64,000 nt of DNA, from NCBI GenBank assembly GCA_963704165.1, contig CAVPHD010000002.1, positions 64,001 through 128,000 of the forward strand, read 5' to 3'. The position numbers and the translations under genes are program-made. The notes beneath the pieces are model-generated. The model searched no databases and was not told the origin of the DNA. It saw nothing but the letters and a program-made list of their open reading frames with translations. The DNA comes from an uncultured delta proteobacterium (GTDB lineage: Bacteria > Myxococcota_A > UBA9160 > SZUA-336). Position 1 is the first letter of the stretch, and each line of letters opens with the position of its first letter. Below are positions 9,613 through 20,399 of this stretch, piece after piece.

Positions 9613-10604
9613 AACGCGTCCCCGTAGGAGAAGAAGCGGAAGCGCTCGGCGATCGCGTGCGCGTAGGCGCGCCGGGTCACCTCGACCCCTGCGAAGGCCA
9701 TCACCAGCGCGAGCAGGCTCGATCCCGGCAGGTGGAAGTTCGTGATCAGGGAGTCGACCGCGCGGAACTCGTGCCCGGGAAGGATCAGAAGCTTCGTGTC
9801 GCCCGCGCCCGCTTCGCCGCCCGTCGTCTCGAGCGCGCGGACGACCGTCGTTCCCACCGCGATCACGCGCCCGCCGGACGCACGCGTCTGCGCGATCGCC
9901 TCCGCGGTTTCGTTCGGTATGGCGAAGCGCTCGGCGTCGAGCGTGTGATCTTCGAGTCGATCGCAGCGGATCGGTCGGAACGTGCCCGGGCCGACGTGGA
10001 GCGTCAGCGTCGCGATTCGCAGACGCGCGGCGAGCGCCGGCGTGAAGTGGAGCGACGCCGTCGGTGCGGCGACCGCGCCGGGCTCGCGCGCGAAGATCGT
10101 CTGGTAGTCCGCGAGATCCTGCGCGCGTGGGGACTCGCGCGAGATGTAGGGCGGGAGCGGCGCCTCCCCGATCGTTTCGAGCACGCCTTCTTCGGAGCGG
10201 CCGTCGGCGCTTTCGAACGCGAGTCGGCACGTGCCGCCCGGAAGGACGTCCACCACGCGCGCGGAGAGCCCGCCGAAGCGAAGCTCGAGTCCTGCGACGA
10301 GTCGCCCGCGTGCGCGAACGAACGCGGTCCAGGTCGCATCCGGGCGGCGTTCGAGCAGAAGCGCCTCGGCCTTGCCGCCGCTCGCCTTGTGGCCGCGCAG
10401 CTTCGCCGGCCGAACGCGCGTGTCGTTCACGACGACGAGATCACGGGGACCGACCTGCGAAGCGAGGTCCGCGAAGCGCAGCTCACAGAGCTCGCCGGTC
10501 CCGCGCTCCAGGACTAGCATCCGGGCGGCGTCGCGCGGCGAGACCGGAGCCTGGGCGATCAGGTCGGGCGGAAGCTCGTACGCGAGATCGGCGGGCGCGA
10601 TCAC
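9600..10604 (-). CDS. queA: S-adenosylmethionine:tRNA ribosyltransferase-isomerase
   Basis: LIAQAP, PLPPYI, YQTIFA, AAPTASLHF, TNFHLP, FFSYGDA. Confidence 0.95.
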   Translation of the reverse strand: MIAPADLAYELPPDLIAQAPVSPRDAARMLVLERGTGELCELRFADLASQVGPRDLVVVNDTRVRPAKLRGHKASGGKAEALLLERRPDATWTAFVRARGRLVAGLELRFGGLSARVVDVLPGGTCRLAFESADGRSEEGVLETIGEAPLPPYISRESPRAQDLADYQTIFAREPGAVAAPTASLHFTPALAARLRIATLTLHVGPGTFRPIRCDRLEDHTLDAERFAIPNETAEAIAQTRASGGRVIAVGTTVVRALETTGGEAGAGDTKLLILPGHEFRAVDSLITNFHLPGSSLLALVMAFAGVEVTRRAYAHAIAERFRFFSYGDAFWIR

Positions 10605-11791
10605 GGCGCGCCCAGCGCCTCGAACGTCTCCGGCTTCGCCGCGAGGCCATCGTAGGAGAAGAGCACGACACCGGACGGGGTCGCTTCGCGCGCGAGCGCG
10701 AGCTGTTCGAGAATGCGAGTCGGCTCGGCCGCGAAGAGCCACGCGCCGAGGCCGATCCAGACGCGATCGCCGCCGACCCCGTGGCCGAGCGCGTGCGCCT
10801 GATAGCGAAGCAGTCGGTCGTCGCGCGTGTACGCCATGGCGACCGCGAAATCGATCAACCCCTCGTCGAGCCAGCGCCGCCAGTCCTGAAATGACGTGAG
10901 GTACGCGCGGTCCGCATAGGCGAGCGCCGCGACCGAGATCTGCCAGGTTGCGGGAATCTGCCCGGCCAGCGCGGCGACCAGCTCGCGCACGCGTTCGCGG
11001 CGAAACGCGTCCCAGGCGTCGCCGCGCGCAAAACCGCCGTTCGCCGCGGCGAAGCGTTCGCGGGCGGCCGGGCCGTAGCCGTAGTCGAGTCCGAGCGCGA
11101 AACGCGAGCCGGGCGTGATCGGCAGCGCGTACGGATAGCGGATGTAGTCGAGATGCAGGCCGTCGAGATCGGGGGCCGAGCGAACGAGATCGGCGACCGT
11201 GGCCGCCAGCTCTTCGACCACGCGCGGCTCCGCGGGGTCGAGCCAGAATCCCGGCGTCTCGAGCTGCAGGTACGCGCGATCGGGCTTGGGGACGTTCGCT
11301 TCGGAGTAGTCGAGCAGGCTGCGACCCTTGTTGTCGACGATGATCGCGTCGCGTCCGATCGTCTGGACGATCGTCGCGTTGCGATTCATCGCGAGGTTGA
11401 GGCAGTTGAACCAGGCGTGGACGCGCAGCCCACGCGCATGCGCGCGCGCGATCAGATCGTTCAGCGGATCGGGTGCCGATGGATCGTCGGCCCGAAGCGC
11501 CCGCCAGGGGGCATCGTCGGCGTGCGTGGAGGGAAACCAGCTGCGACCGCCCCGGTGCACCTGCACGAAGAGATCGCTCACACCCAGCGCGACCGCGCGT
11601 TCGATCAGCATCGCGATCTTCTCGGGCGACTCGAGCACGCGTTCGCTGCCTTCCGCGAGCACCCACAGCCCGAAAGCGGCTCGGGTGGACGAGGTCGCGG
11701 CGGCGGGCGGCGGCTCGACATTCACCGGCTCGTCACGCGAACACGCGCATACGAGCAGCGTCGCGAGCGAGAGTCGGAGGAGGGCGCGCAT
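10601..11791 (-). CDS. GHL10 (YddW-like) glycoside hydrolase lipoprotein
   Basis: Lipobox; LFVQV, GLRVHAW, DGLHLDYIRYP, QDW..W. Confidence 0.8.
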   Translation of the reverse strand: MRALLRLSLATLLVCACSRDEPVNVEPPPAAATSSTRAAFGLWVLAEGSERVLESPEKIAMLIERAVALGVSDLFVQVHRGGRSWFPSTHADDAPWRALRADDPSAPDPLNDLIARAHARGLRVHAWFNCLNLAMNRNATIVQTIGRDAIIVDNKGRSLLDYSEANVPKPDRAYLQLETPGFWLDPAEPRVVEELAATVADLVRSAPDLDGLHLDYIRYPYALPITPGSRFALGLDYGYGPAARERFAAANGGFARGDAWDAFRRERVRELVAALAGQIPATWQISVAALAYADRAYLTSFQDWRRWLDEGLIDFAVAMAYTRDDRLLRYQAHALGHGVGGDRVWIGLGAWLFAAEPTRILEQLALAREATPSGVVLFSYDGLAAKPETFEALGAP

Positions 11792-11872
11792 GGCGAATCC
11801 GAACGTAGCAGAGGCCGGAATCGCCGCCGTTCTCGCCCGACGCCGACGCGCCGGTTAGATTCGTGACCCCGC

Positions 11873-13945
11873 ATGAACGCCCGACCGATGGAACCCGCGA
11901 CGCTCCTGCGCGCCTTCGCGCTCGCCGCGCTGCTCGCGATCGCACCGCGCGCCGCGGCCGACGAAGCGGAGTCGCAGATCTCGGCCACGCTTCAGGAAGC
12001 GAACGCGCTGCGCGAGGCGGGCAGCTATGCGAAGGCCGCGAAGCGGCTGCGACGACTCGAGAAGACCGAGCTCGGTGCGGGCGTGGGTCTCTTGCGCGCG
12101 CGTCTGCTCTTGGCCGACGGTCACGCGGAGAAGGCGGCCGAGGTCGCGGAAGCCGCGCTCGCGCTCGACCCACCGATGGAGCTCCGCGCGCATCTCTTCG
12201 CCGAGCTCGCGCGCGCGCGGCTCGAGCAGGCGGATCTGGCGGGGGCTCGAATCGCCCAAGAGGGCGCCTGGGACGCGACCGGCAGCCCGGACTATGCCGC
12301 CGAGCTCGTCGTACAGCTCGCGCGTGAGCACGAGAAGGCTGCCCAGCCGGCCGAGGCGTTCGAGCTCTACGAGCGCGCCTGGCGCAGCTGGCCGCTGGCG
12401 CCGGCATCCGTCGACGCCTATTCACGGTCGTTGGAGCTCGGCCCGACGCTGGGCGCGCCCCAACCCGACGTGACGGCGCTGATCACGCGCGCAGATCGGC
12501 TGCGGGCGGCGTACCGCTGTGACCGGGCGCTGCCGATCTACGAGTCCGTTCTCGTTCGTGCCGACGCGACCGCCGCCGAAAAGCGACGCCTCGAACGCGC
12601 GCGCGCCGACTGTCTGTTTGCGGGCCGCCGCTATCCGGAGGCCCTCGAGGTCTACCAGGCGATCGCCGCGCGCGATCCCGGCGATCGCGACGTACAGATC
12701 CTGATCGGCCGGACGCTCATGCGCGCGGGCCAGCAGACCGCTTCGGTCGCCGCGTTCGAGAAGCTGATTCGCTCGCGCGATCCGTTGACCCGCGCCCGCG
12801 CCCGCGCGCTGCTCGCCATCGTCGTCGAGGATACCGAGCCCGCACGCGCGCTCGAGCTACTGCGCAAGGTCGAGCGCCAATCCGAAGATCCAGCGGCGGC
12901 CGCGCAGGCGCGTTGGTCTCTGGCCTGGGCGGACCTGCGCAGTGGCGCGGACGTACAGGCGCTCGCGCGGCTCGACCCGCTCGCCGACGGACCGATCAGC
13001 GACATCGAGATCCAACGCGCGCGCTACTGGCGCGGAGTCGTGCGCACCCGGTCGTCGGTCCCGCTCACGGCGGAGGCCGGTGGGGTCCAGCTCCGCACGC
13101 TCGCCGAAGCGGTTCCGCTCTCCTACTACGGCCTGCTGGCATCTGAACGCATCGGTCCGACCGCGCTCGAGCGAAGCTTCCTCGGTCCGAGACTCGCGGC
13201 AACGGAGTCCGCGCCGCTTCGGCGTGCGCGCATGTGGCTCGACGGCGGCTTTCCCGAGATCGCACAGGACGAGCTCGTCAGCTTCACCGAACGCACCCGA
13301 CTCCGACGTGAGCAGCGCATCGCGCTCTCCCGGTTGTTCTATCGCACGGGGGATCCGCACCGCGCCCAGCAGCTGATCCAGGTCGGATTCGGCGCGTCGC
13401 TCGAGCAGGGCGTGGATCCGGTCTGGCGCGACGCGTGGGAGCTGGCCTGGCCGCGCGCGTTCCGCGACGCCGTCACGAGGGCGGATCGGGAGTTCGGGTT
13501 CGCCCCGGCGCTCGTCTATGCGGTCATGCGCGAGGAGAGCGAGTACCGCCCGGAAGTCAGCTCCCCCGCAGGCGCGCTCGGGCTGATGCAGATCATTCCG
13601 CCCACCGGGAGGCGCATCGCGGAGCAGCTCGAAGTCACCGGATTCGATCCGATCCAGCTCTTCGACCCAGAGCTCAACGTCCGCTTCGGGACGTTCTATC
13701 TGCGCTCGCTCGTCGAGCGGTTCAGCGGCTCGATCCCCCTGGCGATTGCGTCGTACAACGCCGGGCCGGAGGCGGTTTCCCGCTGGATCCGGCGGGACGG
13801 CGATCAGCCCCCCGACGTCTTCGTGGACTCCGTGCCCTACGGCGAGACGCGCCGTTACCTGCGGCGCGTTCTCCGCTCGTACCACCTGTACCGGCGGCTC
13901 TATCCGGATCCACCCGCTCAAAGCTCCGCGTCACGCGACCGATAG
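11873..13945 (+). CDS. Soluble lytic transglycosylase with TPR repeats
   Basis: REES, GALGLMQ, ASYNAG, ETRRY SLT motifs. Confidence 0.9.
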   Translation: MNARPMEPATLLRAFALAALLAIAPRAAADEAESQISATLQEANALREAGSYAKAAKRLRRLEKTELGAGVGLLRARLLLADGHAEKAAEVAEAALALDPPMELRAHLFAELARARLEQADLAGARIAQEGAWDATGSPDYAAELVVQLAREHEKAAQPAEAFELYERAWRSWPLAPASVDAYSRSLELGPTLGAPQPDVTALITRADRLRAAYRCDRALPIYESVLVRADATAAEKRRLERARADCLFAGRRYPEALEVYQAIAARDPGDRDVQILIGRTLMRAGQQTASVAAFEKLIRSRDPLTRARARALLAIVVEDTEPARALELLRKVERQSEDPAAAAQARWSLAWADLRSGADVQALARLDPLADGPISDIEIQRARYWRGVVRTRSSVPLTAEAGGVQLRTLAEAVPLSYYGLLASERIGPTALERSFLGPRLAATESAPLRRARMWLDGGFPEIAQDELVSFTERTRLRREQRIALSRLFYRTGDPHRAQQLIQVGFGASLEQGVDPVWRDAWELAWPRAFRDAVTRADREFGFAPALVYAVMREESEYRPEVSSPAGALGLMQIIPPTGRRIAEQLEVTGFDPIQLFDPELNVRFGTFYLRSLVERFSGSIPLAIASYNAGPEAVSRWIRRDGDQPPDVFVDSVPYGETRRYLRRVLRSYHLYRRLYPDPPAQSSASRDR

Positions 13946-13951
13946 CGGGGC

Positions 13952-14380
13952 ATGACCAAGGCGATTCTGGCTTTGCTCGTGCTGTGCATCGCGATCTCGG
14001 GTGCGGGCTACTACAACTACTCGCGCAATGCTCCGCTCGAGGCGGACCTGCACAAGCCGCGACCCTACAAGTCGCTCTCGACTCCCGACATCGGAAAGCT
14101 CTTGGGCGCCTATCAGGCCGATCTCGATCGGCTCAAGGGCACGGTTGGCGCCAAGCCGGGCGGCGAGGGCGTGATCGATCGCTTCGACGCCAGCGACGTC
14201 GGGGGCAAGGCTCAGGGATTCGCCAGCTTCCAGCGTGAGAACCAACGCTGGAAGAACGCCCGCGGCCAGGTCTTCGAGATCGAGAAGACGCTCGCGGATC
14301 TGCGCCTCGAGAAGTCGATCCGCGACCGCGGGCTGGATCTCGACAGCACCCGCATCTGGCTGCGCATCAGCACGTTCTGA
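13952..14380 (+). CDS. Hypothetical membrane-anchored protein
   Basis: 142-aa ORF with N-terminal TM, typical codon usage. Confidence 0.65.
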   Translation: MTKAILALLVLCIAISGAGYYNYSRNAPLEADLHKPRPYKSLSTPDIGKLLGAYQADLDRLKGTVGAKPGGEGVIDRFDASDVGGKAQGFASFQRENQRWKNARGQVFEIEKTLADLRLEKSIRDRGLDLDSTRIWLRISTF

Positions 14381-14388
14381 GACCGGCG

Positions 14389-14748
14389 CTAGTCGTCGTC
14401 GTCGTCGGCCGCCGGCTCGTCTTCGGGTTCGTCGATTTCCGGCGTCTCGATCCCGCCGTCCTCGATCTCGATGTCCTCGAAGCCCGTGTCGTCGGTGTCG
14501 ATCGGCGTGTCGAGATCTTCCGCCTCGTCGATCGGGGGCGGCGGCTTCGCGGCCTTCTTCGGCGCCGGCGGCGCCGCGGCCTTCTTGGCGCGGGAGCGCT
14601 TGGGTTTCTCGAACGCCGGTGATTGCCGCTGGTCCGCGTTGCACTTGGGGCAATTCGGTTCGGGCTTGTTCATGTCGTAGAACTTCGCCTGGCACGAGTA
14701 GCAGACCCACTTCTGACCGAGCTTGGCCTTGCGAGCGGCGGCGTCCAT
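14389..14748 (-). CDS. FYDLN acid-domain protein (TIGR02300-like)
   Basis: [23 protein letters not shown] plus acidic tail. Confidence 0.88.
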   Translation of the reverse strand: MDAAARKAKLGQKWVCYSCQAKFYDMNKPEPNCPKCNADQRQSPAFEKPKRSRAKKAAAPPAPKKAAKPPPPIDEAEDLDTPIDTDDTGFEDIEIEDGGIETPEIDEPEDEPAADDDDD

Positions 14749-14852
14749 GCGTTCAAGCGCTCCTTTCGCGCGGGGTATACCACGGGGGGCCGGTAGGGCA
14801 AGCCTTGGGCCGTCCGGGCAACTTCTCGAAACCCCGTTGATTTAACAGAATG

Positions 14853-15629
14853 CTACTTATCGGAACCTGAAATCGGGACGTCGGCGGATGCAGCTCCGAG
14901 CTTCATCTGCTCGATGCCGATCCGCGTGATGACGCCCTGTTCTTCCGCGATCTCCGGTGAGCTCGAGAGCGCCTGCTGATAGGCACCGATTGCGCGTGCC
15001 GGGGCTCCCGCGCGCGAGAAACAGTCGCCCGCCTCGATCCAGAGCAGAACGTTCGCTCGGTAGGCCTCGATCCGCGCGCCGGCTTCGTAGGCTTCGGCGG
15101 CGGCGAGCGGATCTCCGCTCTGATCGAGGACGAAACCGCGCAAGCGCAGCGCCACCGCGCGGCGTGCGTCATCGGCGGCGAGCGAAGCTGCGAGCGCCTC
15201 GAGCCGCTTGTCCGCAGCCGCGAGATTTCCGAGGCCGGTCTCGAGCTCGGCCGCACGCAGCCGCGCGATCTGTGCGGCGTCGCTCGAGCCGCGTTCCGCG
15301 ATGAAGGCGTCGAACTCGATCACGGCCTGTTCGCGCGCCTTTCTCGCCTGATCCGCGTTGGCGGGCTCGCTGATGAAGGCCTCGTCGCTGGTCGCTCCCA
15401 TGGCCCGAGCGAATCGAGCCTCGATCGCGGCGAGCTCCGTCTGAGCCGCCAGACGACTTCGCGTCTGCCACTCCCAGACCCCGGCGATCGCGCCCCCCGT
15501 GACCAGGAAGATCGCGATCCCGATCACGATCTCTCGCCCGTGCGAGTTGGCCCACTCGAAGCCGGCCTGAATCCGGGCTTCGAAGCCAGCCAGCCGAGTT
15601 TCCGTGTCGCCGTGTTGCTGCTGAGCCAT
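14853..15629 (-). CDS. TPR membrane protein (YfgM-like)
   Basis: Single TM then TPR helices; adjacent to der. Confidence 0.7.
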   Translation of the reverse strand: MAQQQHGDTETRLAGFEARIQAGFEWANSHGREIVIGIAIFLVTGGAIAGVWEWQTRSRLAAQTELAAIEARFARAMGATSDEAFISEPANADQARKAREQAVIEFDAFIAERGSSDAAQIARLRAAELETGLGNLAAADKRLEALAASLAADDARRAVALRLRGFVLDQSGDPLAAAEAYEAGARIEAYRANVLLWIEAGDCFSRAGAPARAIGAYQQALSSSPEIAEEQGVITRIGIEQMKLGAASADVPISGSDK

Positions 15630-15663
15630 GCGCTCGTGCCTCCCCCCGATGCGGCGCGCGATC

Positions 15664-17055
15664 TTAGCGGGTTTTCGCGGCGGACCCGTCCTCCGCGTTG
15701 CCGGAGTCTTCCAAACGCTCCGCTCGACCGCGCAGCAACACGCGCACGGGCGACGAGCGAACGCCGAAGCGTTTGCGGAAGAAGCCCTCGAGATAGCGGT
15801 GGTAGTTCGGCGCGATCAGCGTCGGATCGTTCATGAACACGAGCAGAGTCAGCGGGCGCTTCGCGACCTGCGTCGCGTAGAAGAAGCGCGCGCGGCGTTT
15901 GCCGCGAAGCGGCGGCACGTTTCGCGTGGTCGCCTCTTCGAGCGCGCGGTTCAACTCGGCGGTCGGGACCTCGACGTCGAGATCGTCGTACAGCCGCAGC
16001 GCCTCGGGCAGGAGCCGCGTCAGACCTCGACCCGAGAGCGCGCTCGTGCGCAGTACGACGGGCTCGGGGACGAAACCGAGCCGGCGCTCGAGCTGGCGTT
16101 CGACCTCCGTCCCGCGATCGGTGCCCTCGATCGCATCCCACTTGTTCAGAACGAGCACGAGCGGTCGGCCTCGGTCGAGCGCGAGGCGCGCGATCTTCGC
16201 GTCCTGTTCGGCAATGCCGCTTTCGGCGTCGAGCACGAGCAGTCCGACATCGGCGCGCTCGAGCGTGCGCAAGGCCATCAACGCACTGCCGCGTTCGAGC
16301 CGGTCGGCCCGGCGACCCGGCTTGCGCATGCCCGCCGTATCGACGAGCACGACGTCGCGCTCCCCGACGCGCAAGAACGAATCGGTCGCGTCGCGCGTCG
16401 TGCCGGGCTCGTCCGCGACGATGTTGCGCTCCTCCCCGAGCAACGCGTTCAAGAGCGAAGACTTGCCGACGTTCGGTCGGCCGACGATCGCGAGCCGAGG
16501 GGGACCGGTGCGCGGCTCGATCGCGGTCGGCTCGCTCGGGACCGGCAGCCGCTCGGCAATCGAGATCTCGAGATCGACGATGCCGCGCGCGTGCGCCGCC
16601 GAGGTCGGAATGATCTCGGGGAAGCCGAGCCGGTGGAACTCCGCGCTCGCCGCCTCGAGCTTGGGGTTGTCCGCCTTGTTCGCGACCACCACGACCTGAG
16701 GTCCGGCGCGCCGCAGCAGCTCGGCGATCTGCTGGTCGCCCGACAGCAGGCCGTCGCGAGCATCGACCACGAACACGATCACGGCCGCCTCGGCCACCAC
16801 CAGGCCGACCTGGCGCCGGATCGCAGCCGGGATGCCCTGCTCCGCGTCCGGGTCGAGACCTCCCGTGTCCACCAGCAAGACCTCGCGCCCCTCGATCACC
16901 GTCAGGGAGGCGACCCGATCCCGCGTGACCCCGGGCCGATCTTCCACCAATGAGCGACTCGCGCGCAGGAGGCGGTTGAAGAGCGTCGATTTGCCGACGT
17001 TCGCCCGACCCACGATGGCGACCAGCGGGGGGCCGCTGCTGTCACTTTTGCTCAT
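15664..17055 (-). CDS. der: Ribosome biogenesis GTPase Der
   Basis: Two G domains (GRANVGKS/GRPNVGKS, DTGG/DTAG, NKAD/NKWD) plus KH-like C-terminus. Confidence 0.96.
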   Translation of the reverse strand: MSKSDSSGPPLVAIVGRANVGKSTLFNRLLRASRSLVEDRPGVTRDRVASLTVIEGREVLLVDTGGLDPDAEQGIPAAIRRQVGLVVAEAAVIVFVVDARDGLLSGDQQIAELLRRAGPQVVVVANKADNPKLEAASAEFHRLGFPEIIPTSAAHARGIVDLEISIAERLPVPSEPTAIEPRTGPPRLAIVGRPNVGKSSLLNALLGEERNIVADEPGTTRDATDSFLRVGERDVVLVDTAGMRKPGRRADRLERGSALMALRTLERADVGLLVLDAESGIAEQDAKIARLALDRGRPLVLVLNKWDAIEGTDRGTEVERQLERRLGFVPEPVVLRTSALSGRGLTRLLPEALRLYDDLDVEVPTAELNRALEEATTRNVPPLRGKRRARFFYATQVAKRPLTLLVFMNDPTLIAPNYHRYLEGFFRKRFGVRSSPVRVLLRGRAERLEDSGNAEDGSAAKTR

Positions 17056-17157
17056 CTTGGCGCCACTCCAAACTAATCCCGTGCGGTCACTGGTTGACAC
17101 AGCTCGCGGTTTTGGGCGAGGCTCGCACGGTTCGCTTCGTCGGGGAGGGTCGGTTCG

Positions 17158-17622
17158 ATGGTGCAGAAGGCGGGATCGTTGTCTCTCAAAGCTGCGGTCC
17201 TGACGGTCGCGATGGTCGCTGCGCTCGCGGGAGTTCCCGGCGAGGCGAAGGCCGACGCGAGCCAGCTCTGCCGCGCCGGAGCGAATCTGGTGCTCGCGCC
17301 CTTCGACTTCCTGCTCGCCCCCGTGATCGTCGCGAAGGACGAGTACTACGGCCTGACCGAGGTCGACGATCCGATGGCGATCAAGGTCATGGGTGCGGTT
17401 CCCGGCTACGTCTTCCTGCTCGGGGTGCAGACCGGAGGCGCGATCTTCAGAGAGATCGCAGCGGTGTTCGAGTTCATCCCCGGGATCGTGACGCTCTTCC
17501 GCGAGGGCTCGCAGCCGGCGCTCTACCGCTCCGCGGAGGACGCTTGGGCGCTCTACGCCGAGGAGTACGGCCCCTGCCCCGTCAAGATCGGGATCTCGTA
17601 CAACACGATCAACGACGGCTGA
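17158..17622 (+). CDS. Hypothetical exported protein (resembles exosortase-associated TIGR04073 family)
   Basis: Signal peptide; RAGANLVLAP.. pattern; family call tentative. Confidence 0.55.
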   Translation: MVQKAGSLSLKAAVLTVAMVAALAGVPGEAKADASQLCRAGANLVLAPFDFLLAPVIVAKDEYYGLTEVDDPMAIKVMGAVPGYVFLLGVQTGGAIFREIAAVFEFIPGIVTLFREGSQPALYRSAEDAWALYAEEYGPCPVKIGISYNTINDG

Positions 17623-18526
17623 TCGCGCGCAGCACGCCTTCGAGCGCGCGGTCGCCTGCCTCCGCATCGAGCCACTCGAGTCCCGGCTCGGCGCGAAACC
17701 AGGTGCGCTGGCGCTTCGCGTAGCGTCGTGTCGCGATCCAGGCGCGCTCGATCGCTTCGGTCCGCGAGAGCCGACCCGCGAGAAGCTCGCCGGCTTCGAG
17801 GTAGCCGATCGCCCGAAGCGGGCGCAGGCTCGCTGCGAATCCCGCGGCGTGAAGCCCCGACAATTCCTCCACGAGTCCGGCGTCGAACATCGCCTCGACG
17901 CGCGCGCGCAGGCGAGCCGCGAGACGCTCGCGATCGACCGCGAGGCCCAGCCAGATGACGTCGAACGGACGGTCTCGGAACGCATGATCCGATTGCTGCT
18001 CCGAGATCGGCCGACACGCCAGGCGAAGTGCCTCGAGCGCGCGCACGGTTCGGACGCGATCGGACGGGCTGATCCGCGCGGCGGTCACCGCGTCGAGGCG
18101 CTCGAGCTCGGCGCGAAGATCCACGCTCGTTCGAGCCTCGAGCTCGGCGCGGATCGCAGCGTCGGATCCGACTCCCTCGATCAAGCCGCCCGCGAACGCG
18201 CGCGCGTAGAGCCCGGTGCCTCCGACGAGTAGAACCGGGCGGCCGCGCATCGCGATCTCGAGCGCCGCCCGGCGCGCGAACGCAGCCCAGCGCCCCGCGG
18301 ACATCGACGCATCGGGATCGACGAGATCGAGCGCGTGATGCGGGATCTCGGCGCGAAGCTCGGTCGAGGGCTTCGCCGTGCCGATGTCCATGCCTCGGTA
18401 GACCTGCATCGAATCCGCGCTGACGATCTCGGCGCCCGTCTTGCGCGCGACCGCGCAGGCGAGCTCGGTCTTGCCGGTGCCGGTCGGGCCGACGATCGCG
18501 ATCACGCGCGGACGATCTTCCGCCAT
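17609..18526 (-). CDS. miaA: tRNA dimethylallyltransferase
   Basis: GPTGTGKT, DSMQVYRGMDIGTAKP, VGGTGLY, YAKRQRTW. Confidence 0.96.
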   Translation of the reverse strand: MAEDRPRVIAIVGPTGTGKTELACAVARKTGAEIVSADSMQVYRGMDIGTAKPSTELRAEIPHHALDLVDPDASMSAGRWAAFARRAALEIAMRGRPVLLVGGTGLYARAFAGGLIEGVGSDAAIRAELEARTSVDLRAELERLDAVTAARISPSDRVRTVRALEALRLACRPISEQQSDHAFRDRPFDVIWLGLAVDRERLAARLRARVEAMFDAGLVEELSGLHAAGFAASLRPLRAIGYLEAGELLAGRLSRTEAIERAWIATRRYAKRQRTWFRAEPGLEWLDAEAGDRALEGVLRAISRR

Positions 18527-20285
18527 CAGCGGCGAAGGAAACGTCGCTCGAGCTCGGCGCGATCGAGCATCGAGAGGATCGGCCGGCCGTGCGGGCAGTT
18601 CGGGAACCAGAGCGTCTCGTCGAGATCGGCGAGCAGCGCCCCGACCTCGCGCGCGTCGAGCCGATCGCCCTTCCGCACGGCCGCGTGACACGCCGAGCTG
18701 GCCAGGAGATCGTGAAGCGCGCGCTCCAAACCGTCGCGCGCCTCGCGCGTCGCGGGACCCGCCCATGCGCGCGCGGTCTCGGCGAGCACGTCCGGCCAGC
18801 TCGTGCCACGTCGCGCGGCGAGAAGTGCCGGCAGCGAGCGCAGATTCGCGTGCACGGTCCCGCGCAAGGTGTCCGCGCCCGGCTCGAGTTCGATGCCCGC
18901 CCGCGCGAGTAGATCGGCGTGGGCGGCGAGTGTCTCCGCGTCGACGCGCGAGAGCTCGACGCGTGAGCGGCACGAGCAGGGGCTGCCGCTCGAGCTTGTC
19001 GGCGAGAGCTTCGCGCCGCAGGCGCTCGAAGAGCACGCGCTCGTGGGCGGCATGTTGGTCGATCAGCACGATCCCCTCTTCGCCCTCGAGCACGAGATAC
19101 AAGCCGAGTGCCTGTCCGACCTGGCGCAGACGCGAGAACACGAGGGCCGGCCGGGTCGGCGCGGTCGTTCCGCTCGTCGCCGTCTCTGAGGCGGATGCAT
19201 CGGTGCGGAAGAAACCGTCGGCGAGCGCGAAGTCCCCCGCCCGGCTCGAACCCGCCGACGCATCGCTTGAGAATCGGTACTCGGGTCGCGGCGACGTCCC
19301 GACGCGCACGGCCGTGCCGATCGCTCGGCGCAGCAGCGAGGTGACCGAGGTCGGGTCGCGGAATCGGACCTCCCACTTCGCCGGGTGCACGTTCACGTCC
19401 ACCTCGCCGGGATCGACCTGCAGGAAGAGCACGACGACCGGGTAGCGCCCCGGTGGAAGCGCATCGCGATACGCGTCGCGACACCGCGAACTGAAGCAGT
19501 CGATCGCGAACGGGGCGTCCGTTGACGTAGACGTGCAGATCGGAAGGGCCGCTGCGAAGGACGTGCGTCGGGCTGACGAACCCCGTCACGCGCAGCGTCG
19601 CGCTCTCGCCCTCGACGGGCAGCAGCCCTTCGGCCGCGCCCGGCGGCAGAACCGCGAGCACGCGCTCGCGCGCATCCCGGGTCGGGAGCCAGAGTAACGT
19701 GCGCCGACCATCGCGTTCGAGCTCGAAGCGCACATCGGGTCGCACCAGCGCGATCCGCTCCAGCCAACGCACGATGTGCGAGGCCTCGGTGACGGCGCTC
19801 TTCAGGAACTTCCGGCGTGCAGGCACCCGTCCGAACAGGTCGGCGACCTCGATCATCGTTCCCTCGGCGCAGGCGACCGGCCCCGAGCGCTCGATGCCCG
19901 CGCCGAAACCTTCGACCTCGGTCCCGACCGCATCCTCGTGCCGGCGCGTCCGCATGCGTACCGAGGCGACCGACGCGATGCTCGGCAGCGCCTCGCCGCG
20001 GAAGCCGAGCGAAGTGACCCGTGCGAGATCCTCCGCCGAGGCGAGCTTGCTCGTTGCATGCCGTTCAAAAGACAGTCGGGCGTCCTCCCGGCTCATTCCC
20101 GTACCGTCGTCGCTGACCGAGATTGCGGCGATTCCCCCCTCGCGGATCACTACGCGGATCTGTGTCGCCATGGCGTCGAGCGCGTTCTCGACGAGCTCTT
20201 TCACGATCGAGGCGGGGCGCTCGACGACCTCGCCTGCGGCGATCTGATTGACGAGCTCGGATGGAAGTACGCGCACTTTGCCCAC
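18526..20285 (-). CDS. mutL: DNA mismatch repair protein MutL, two +1 frameshifts (~19481, ~18960)
   Basis: IAAGEVVERPASIVKELVEN, LGFRGEAL, DVNVHPAK, DQHAAHER, CPHGRP spread over three frames. Confidence 0.93.
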
Positions 20286-20348
20286 GTCAGGGAAAGTATC
20301 ACGCGCGATCTTCACCACGCCGAGAGGCTCCTGCAGGTGAAAAACTCC

Positions 20349-20354
20349 TTGACA
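20349..20354 (+). promoter_or_regulatory. Consensus -35 hexamer upstream of the sigma54-type regulator
   Basis: TTGACA in an AT-richer divergent intergenic region; -10 not clear. Confidence 0.35.
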
Positions 20355-20399
20355 GCAGGCCCGCCTTGGAGAACTTCTTGCTTGTTGAGGGGGGTTGAG

